Positions 26,452-33,488 of a DNA stretch of 33,488 nt are shown here, in pieces. This DNA comes from an uncultured bacterium. GTDB lineage: Bacteria > CAYUVA01. Location of the stretch: contig CAYUVA010000008.1 in the NCBI GenBank assembly GCA_964448115.1, positions 62,001 through 95,488 on the forward strand, written 5' to 3'. The notes beneath the pieces are model-generated. The model did not search any database. It saw only the letters and a list, made by a program, of their open reading frames with translations, and was not told the DNA's origin. Within the stretch, counting starts at the first letter, position 1. Each line of letters starts with the position of its first letter. Position numbers and translations under genes: made by a program.

Positions 26452-27510
26452 TTATACAACATTTGCGACCGATCTTGCTATGTATTGTGCTTGTGGCTCA
26501 GATAGCGATGGGTAGATGGGGATGGAGATGGCGCTATCTGCGAGCATCGATGAGGCCGGGTATTTGCTATCAGACAATCCCAAAGTGCGGTGAATAGGGC
26601 AAAGCACCCCCAAGCCGGTCTCGATTCCATAATTCTTGGCAAGAATGCCTCTGATCTCATCTCGCCGACCTGGCTCGACCCTGATAATATATCGATAGTA
26701 AGAGTGATGCTCCTTTGGCTTTAATCTACCCCCCAGCCTTATTGCAGCTAGCTGCTGATCATATATTTCAGCGATGCGAAGCCTTTTATCAACGAATCCA
26801 TCCAGTTTTTCAAGCTGCACTAGCCCCATTGCAGCAGCCATGTCGGGCATGGAATAAGGGTATCTGGTGGCAGCATCGCTCTTTCCTCGATAATTGCCTA
26901 GCTCTCTGGCTCGTTGGATAAGCTTTGAATCATTGGATAGCAGCATCCCGCCCTCTCCAGTGGTGATCACCTTGGTTGCATAGAAGCTGAGCACGGTGTA
27001 ATCATAGCCGACCCCCAACTGGAATCCGACAACAGGCAGCCCCAATCCCTGAGCAGCATCCTCGATCAACGCCACCTTGCCCTTGTATAAGTAAGTATCG
27101 ATGCAAGCAGCCCTGCCGAAGTTGTGCACGATGATAGCTGCCTTTGTCCTGGAGGATAGCAGTGGTTGTATGTATTCATCGGTCATATTGCCAGTATCTG
27201 GATTGACATCGGCAAGCACAGCATCGGCACCGGTGTACTTGATTGCGTGAAGCACTGCCGTGCAGCAATACGAGGGGATTATCACCTCATCGCCCGGTTC
27301 CACGCCTAGAGCCAGCAGCGCCAGGTGCAGGGCTGCGGTGCCGCTCGAGGTAGCATAGGCATGATCGATGGCGAGACGCCTGGTCGCTCGTTGCTCGAAC
27401 AGCTTGGCTTGATTGTCGTATGAAAGCTGTGCAGAGGCGATAACCTTTGATACGGCGTTGATTTCCTCGCTCGATATTGTCGGCTTGCTGTGCGGGATAG
27501 CTCTTCTCAT
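26452..27510 (-). CDS. DegT/DnrJ/EryC1/StrS PLP-dependent sugar aminotransferase
   Basis: SSGTAALHLAL, GDEVIIP, IEDAAQ, SFYATKVITTGEGG and SIPIYP. Confidence 0.92.
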   Translation of the reverse strand: MRRAIPHSKPTISSEEINAVSKVIASAQLSYDNQAKLFEQRATRRLAIDHAYATSSGTAALHLALLALGVEPGDEVIIPSYCCTAVLHAIKYTGADAVLADVNPDTGNMTDEYIQPLLSSRTKAAIIVHNFGRAACIDTYLYKGKVALIEDAAQGLGLPVVGFQLGVGYDYTVLSFYATKVITTGEGGMLLSNDSKLIQRARELGNYRGKSDAATRYPYSMPDMAAAMGLVQLEKLDGFVDKRLRIAEIYDQQLAAIRLGGRLKPKEHHSYYRYIIRVEPGRRDEIRGILAKNYGIETGLGVLCPIHRTLGLSDSKYPASSMLADSAISIPIYPSLSEPQAQYIARSVANVV

Positions 27511-27575
27511 GTCCTTATTTTAGTATAACCTTTTTTCTTTTTTCATTCGAGGTTACTTTAGGGTTTTGCCAATGA

Positions 27576-27604
27576 TTGACATACAAGGTCGATATGTCTA
27601 TCAT
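27576..27604 (+). promoter_or_regulatory. Sigma70 promoter of the alanine dehydrogenase gene with an overlapping inverted repeat
   Basis: TTGACA (27576-27581), 17 nt, TATCAT (27599-27604). GACATA-N9-TATGTC spans 27578-27598. Confidence 0.6.
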
Positions 27605-27656
27605 CGCCGTTGTTAATACACCTTTAGAAGATGCTTTTAATCGAAGGAGAACGAAG

Positions 27657-28646
27657 ATGTTGATGGTGCTAAAAAAATCGGATGTTGAAAAGGTTATGGA
27701 GATGAAGGACTTCCTGGATGCGGTGGAGACAGCCTTCCGGATGTATGGACAGGGCAAGGTGCAATTGCCTCCAAAATCATATTTATACTTTAAGAGATAC
27801 TATGGAGATCTACGCTCAATGCCCTCCTATATCGAGGGGGATGTCGATATAGCCGGCATCAAGTCGGTCAATGTCCATCCCAATAATCCCAAGTCCGGCT
27901 TGCCTACCGTGATGGCTGCTATCTCGCTTACCGATCCCAGGGACGGAAGGACGATCGCCTTCATGGACGGTACCTATATAACCAATATGCGAACCGGCGC
28001 TGCTGGCGGTATCGCTACCAAGTACCTCGCACTGAACGATGCTAAGGTGGCTAGCTTCATCGGAGCCGGTGTGCAGGCATCGACACAACTTGAAGCACTC
28101 ATGCTGGTGCGCAATATCAAGAAGGTTAAGATCTACGATATCAATCCGCATGTGGTAAAAAGATTCATCGATAATGACTGCGCTAAGTATGACCTGGAGG
28201 TAGAGGTCTGCGACAATATCGAACAGGCTTGCAAGGGATGCCAGGTGATAAATACCACTACGCCATCCCGAACGCCGTTGGTGATGAGAGAATTTGTAGA
28301 TCCTGGAACCCATATTAACGCAATCGGAGCCGATGCAGAGGGCAAACAAGAGCTTTCAACCGACCTGGTGCTTAACTCTAAGATTATTATCGACGAGTGG
28401 ACACAGGCTTCGCACAGCGGCGAGATCAATGTCCCGGTACACGAGGGCAAATTTAACAAAGATATGGTTTACGCTGAACTTGGTGAGATCGTTGCTGGAC
28501 TAAAGCCGGCACGAAAGAGTGAAAACGACATCACCATATTCGATTCCACGGGACTATCAGTGCAGGATATCATGTCCGCTTTTATCGCCTATAAGAAGGT
28601 CAAGGAAAGTGGTATGAGGGTACTAGAGATAGACCTGCTGGAATAG
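27657..28646 (+). CDS. Ornithine cyclodeaminase/mu-crystallin family protein, probably archaeal-type alanine dehydrogenase
   Basis: GDLRSMP, KSVNVHPNNP..GLPTVMA, RTGAAGG, GAGVQA, HINAIGADAEGKQE, SHSGEIN and FDSTGL. RBS AAGGAG precedes ATG 27657. Confidence 0.85.
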   Translation: MLMVLKKSDVEKVMEMKDFLDAVETAFRMYGQGKVQLPPKSYLYFKRYYGDLRSMPSYIEGDVDIAGIKSVNVHPNNPKSGLPTVMAAISLTDPRDGRTIAFMDGTYITNMRTGAAGGIATKYLALNDAKVASFIGAGVQASTQLEALMLVRNIKKVKIYDINPHVVKRFIDNDCAKYDLEVEVCDNIEQACKGCQVINTTTPSRTPLVMREFVDPGTHINAIGADAEGKQELSTDLVLNSKIIIDEWTQASHSGEINVPVHEGKFNKDMVYAELGEIVAGLKPARKSENDITIFDSTGLSVQDIMSAFIAYKKVKESGMRVLEIDLLE

Positions 28647-28751
28647 AGATCATACCAATTAGTGACAAAGGAGCCTTGCGCAATAACCTGCCTTGAGTCC
28701 CGACCGACTCGGGAAAGGGATGCAAAGGATAATTGTAGATGCCTTTGGCAT

Positions 28752-29903
28752 TTAGTAATTCTCGGTTGTCTCGGTAATTGTTTGCAATCTTCTGGCAGTG
28801 CCGGCATATTCTCTGTCATCGGGAGATATACCGAGCATCTGTAGCAGTTCATCCGGCTTCTGAGAGTAACCGAGTGCATCCTCCTTGGTAATCGTCTTTC
28901 GTTGTATCAGATCGACCAGGGACTGATTGAAGGTGAGCATACCATACCTGTCCTGCCCAGTCTGCATGGTACCATAAATCTGGTGTATTTTATCCTCTCT
29001 TATAAGGTTCCGTATCGCTGAATTAGGCACCATGATCTCCAGACATAGCTGGCGTCCCTGTCCAGAAGCCTTGGGGATAAGTGCTTGGGAGACAACTCCC
29101 TCCAGGACAAAGGCGAGCTGTGCCCTAATCTGCGGCTGTTCATGCGGGGGAAACACATCGATAATGCGGTGTATGGATTGATCGCAGGAGTTGGTATGCA
29201 GCGTGGAGAAGGTCAGATGCCCGGTCTCGGAGCACTGTAAAGCAAGGCGGATGGTCTCCGGATCACGCATCTCACCGACCAGAATTACATCAGGATCTTG
29301 TCTGAGGATAGAGCGCAGGGCAGCGGCGAATGATCTCGTATCAGCACCCAGCTCCCTCTGATTGATCAGCGCTTTTTTATGTGAATGAAGATACTCGATA
29401 GGATCCTCGATGGTGATTATATGTACATTCCTTTCCTCATTGATCTTGTTAATCACCGCAGCAAGAGTGGTGGATTTACCGCTGCCGGTAGGACCGGTTA
29501 CTAAAACAAGTCCCTTGGGTCGCATAGCAAAGTCCTGAACCACCTTGGGCAGCCCCAGCGACTCGAAAGACCTAATCTTCCAGGGTATTTGTCGAACTGC
29601 GATTGCAACTGCACTTCTTTGATAAAAGACATTGCATCTGAAGCGGCTCAATCCCTTTAAGCCGAAGGAAAAGTCAAGCTCATAGCTCTCCTCGAACTTC
29701 TTTTTTTGCATATCGGTCATAATGCTGTAGGCTAATCGCTTGGTGTCGCGTTGTGTTAATGGCTTTTCCCCCTCGATATTCATCAGCTTTCCATCTATGC
29801 GTATGCGAGGGGGGGCATTGGTGGTGATATGCAGATCGGTTGCCCCCTCGCCTATCATGATGCGAAGGAGCTCTTCCATTGTCGAACTTCTGGCTTCTGC
29901 CAT
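28752..29903 (-). CDS. pilT: Type IV pilus retraction ATPase PilT
   Basis: DLHI, GPTGSGKSTT, TIEDPIEY, LRQDPDVILVGEMRD, TLHT and the AIRNLIRE motif. Confidence 0.95.
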   Translation of the reverse strand: MAEARSSTMEELLRIMIGEGATDLHITTNAPPRIRIDGKLMNIEGEKPLTQRDTKRLAYSIMTDMQKKKFEESYELDFSFGLKGLSRFRCNVFYQRSAVAIAVRQIPWKIRSFESLGLPKVVQDFAMRPKGLVLVTGPTGSGKSTTLAAVINKINEERNVHIITIEDPIEYLHSHKKALINQRELGADTRSFAAALRSILRQDPDVILVGEMRDPETIRLALQCSETGHLTFSTLHTNSCDQSIHRIIDVFPPHEQPQIRAQLAFVLEGVVSQALIPKASGQGRQLCLEIMVPNSAIRNLIREDKIHQIYGTMQTGQDRYGMLTFNQSLVDLIQRKTITKEDALGYSQKPDELLQMLGISPDDREYAGTARRLQTITETTENY

Positions 29904-29906
29904 AAT

Positions 29907-31793
<1,887 letters not shown>

Positions 31794-31890
31794 ATCTATC
31801 CCTTCTTTACGAGTTCACTCCACTTATATAATAAAGCATACAGCATCTAAAAGTCAAAACCAGGTAAAAAAAGATATACTCTTACCGGTA

Positions 31891-32880
31891 TCAAGGTTTC
31901 CTTCCCTTTTTGTCGGCAATATCACCGGCAGAAGGTAGGTTGCCCATGGGGATAGCTCGACTCACCGCATCATAGATAGCCCTGCTTAATACCTCGACAG
32001 CGATCGCTCCTATTCTTGGAAGCAAAATGCTCTCCATCTCGGCAGTGGAAACAACAAAGATGATATCCCCATCGAAAACGCTGAATGAAGGTGATATGCA
32101 CCTCGCTAGAGCCGCCTTTGCCATCCTTGCGACCATTGTGCAACCAGCTTTATCCAATGTTGCATTAGTGGCGATTACCGCTATTGTCGTGTTTTTCTCG
32201 CCGAAGTTGCCAATTTTATAGCCAGAAGCCAAGAGTCGGTTTGTATTGATAAATCTCATCGAGTCCGGCGACTCCCTGGCTCCGGCAACGATATTGCCCC
32301 GGCAGTCGATTATGTCTCCAAAGGCATTTACCACCGCCAGGGCGCTTACAATCAAGCCATCGTTTGATAGGATGCTCGCTGAACCTAACCCACCCTTTGT
32401 AGCGTTGGAGACGGAGAATATCTTACCGATGGTGGCACCGACCCCTACCCCCACGCAACCTAGCTCTATCTGACCGCTTTTCGAGCCAAGACATGCCTCG
32501 TAAGCCATCCTAGAGGTAGGATAAGCCTTTGAGCTTCCGATGCCAAGATCGAAGATCACCGCGCTGGGGACTATCGGCACTCGAGCATACAAAGTCTTGA
32601 AGCCTCGCTCCCGTTCACTCAGATAACGCATCACACCGCCGGTGGAATCTAGCCCGAAGCCGCTTCCGCCGGTCAGGTATATGGCATCTATATTAGGCAC
32701 CGAATGAAACGGAGATAGCGAATCGAGCTGCCTGGAACCGGTGGCTGCTCCGGCTAGTTCGCAGCCAGCAACACAGGGCTTCTCAAGCAGCACAACCGTA
32801 CAGCCAGTTAGACCCTTGAGATCGCTTGCATGTCCGACAAGCACTCCCTTTACATCCGTGATGTTGTTATAGGTAGTCAT
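31891..32880 (-). CDS. P1/S58 family peptidase (DmpA-like aminopeptidase)
   Basis: ITDVKGVLVGH, TGCTV, LTGGSGFGL, VPIVPSAVIFDL, VNAFGD, NTT processing site and DGD. Confidence 0.88.
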   Translation of the reverse strand: MTTYNNITDVKGVLVGHASDLKGLTGCTVVLLEKPCVAGCELAGAATGSRQLDSLSPFHSVPNIDAIYLTGGSGFGLDSTGGVMRYLSERERGFKTLYARVPIVPSAVIFDLGIGSSKAYPTSRMAYEACLGSKSGQIELGCVGVGVGATIGKIFSVSNATKGGLGSASILSNDGLIVSALAVVNAFGDIIDCRGNIVAGARESPDSMRFINTNRLLASGYKIGNFGEKNTTIAVIATNATLDKAGCTMVARMAKAALARCISPSFSVFDGDIIFVVSTAEMESILLPRIGAIAVEVLSRAIYDAVSRAIPMGNLPSAGDIADKKGRKP

Positions 32881-33218
32881 GTTCTTTTCGGTATAACACA
32901 GATAAATTCCAGCGGTTCGGTGCCGACATTTTTATAACAGTGCCTCTCATTAGGTTCGATATATATGACATCCCCTGTAAAGACTGGAGTTTCTTCCTTC
33001 TCTGTAACCACCATGCCGGAGCCTTTGATGATGTAATTCTCGTGCTCGTAAGGGTGCTTATGGAAGGGCGTGTGTCCCCCTCTTTCAACCTCGATTACTC
33101 GCATTATGAAGTTAGAAGCACCCTCTACAGCTCCGATAACAATCCTCAATTGTACACCCTTAGCTTCCGGCGAGTCGAACTTGACGGCCGGCGTCTCCTT
33201 GTAATGATGTTTCTTCAT
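32877..33218 (-). CDS. Cupin domain protein
   Basis: GGHTPFHKHPYEHENY...GDVIYIEPNERHCYKN cupin metal motifs. Its stop overlaps the peptidase start. RBS AGGAGG. Confidence 0.88.
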   Translation of the reverse strand: MKKHHYKETPAVKFDSPEAKGVQLRIVIGAVEGASNFIMRVIEVERGGHTPFHKHPYEHENYIIKGSGMVVTEKEETPVFTGDVIYIEPNERHCYKNVGTEPLEFICVIPKRT

Positions 33219-33328
33219 ATCATGCCCTCCTTATTGAAAGAATTCTTCAATTTGCTTATTCAGCCGACAGGCAATAAAACTATTACACTCTTGAAACTAT
33301 AATGGTTTTTAGATGTTTTGTGAATAAT

Positions 33329-33362
33329 CTGTGCTCACCTGTGTCATCCGTGTCATCTGTGG
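33329..33362. repeat. Short tandem ~9-bp repeat (REP-like half element)
   Basis: CTGTGCTCAC-CTGTGTCAT-CCGTGTCAT-CTGTGG. Confidence 0.5.
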
Positions 33363-33488
33363 ATTTTTCTCTCCTGACCCGCTCTCTTGAATCCACATCC
33401 AGCGCTATAGTTACCTTAAATAATTCTTCAGAGCCTGTGATTCAGACAGTAATTTTGTGGCTATTAGGCTCCTGATTTATCAGGGGCT

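Overview
A gene-dense chromosomal window from a Gram-negative (LPS-making) bacterium, possibly of an uncultured lineage, with 28 plausible CDSs. Housekeeping and envelope genes include waaA with a DUF374 acyltransferase, gdhA, tal, an S66 LD-carboxypeptidase, radA, a stand-alone divergent fusA, pilB-pilT and a PilC/GspF-family fragment. There are four radical SAM genes. Two sit in a GT2-rSAM-rSAM-sulfatase-like cluster, one sits directly upstream of DUF374-waaA, and one is a cobalamin-dependent enzyme. The most distinctive signal is two unrelated secreted proteins, an alpha/beta-hydrolase that appears catalytically dead and an HExxH metalloprotease. Both end in a Pro/Thr linker plus the same ~105-aa C-terminal domain (PxIxLGGY...DxGxNxD...QSxxWPYLxV), a candidate lineage-specific sorting or anchoring module. 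A 184-bp MITE-like element with terminal inverted repeats and a 5-bp target duplication is nested in a cluster of REP-like palindromes at ~17.1-17.45 kb. I saw no rRNA, tRNA, CRISPR array or transposase. All calls come from reading motifs by eye; no database searches were run.
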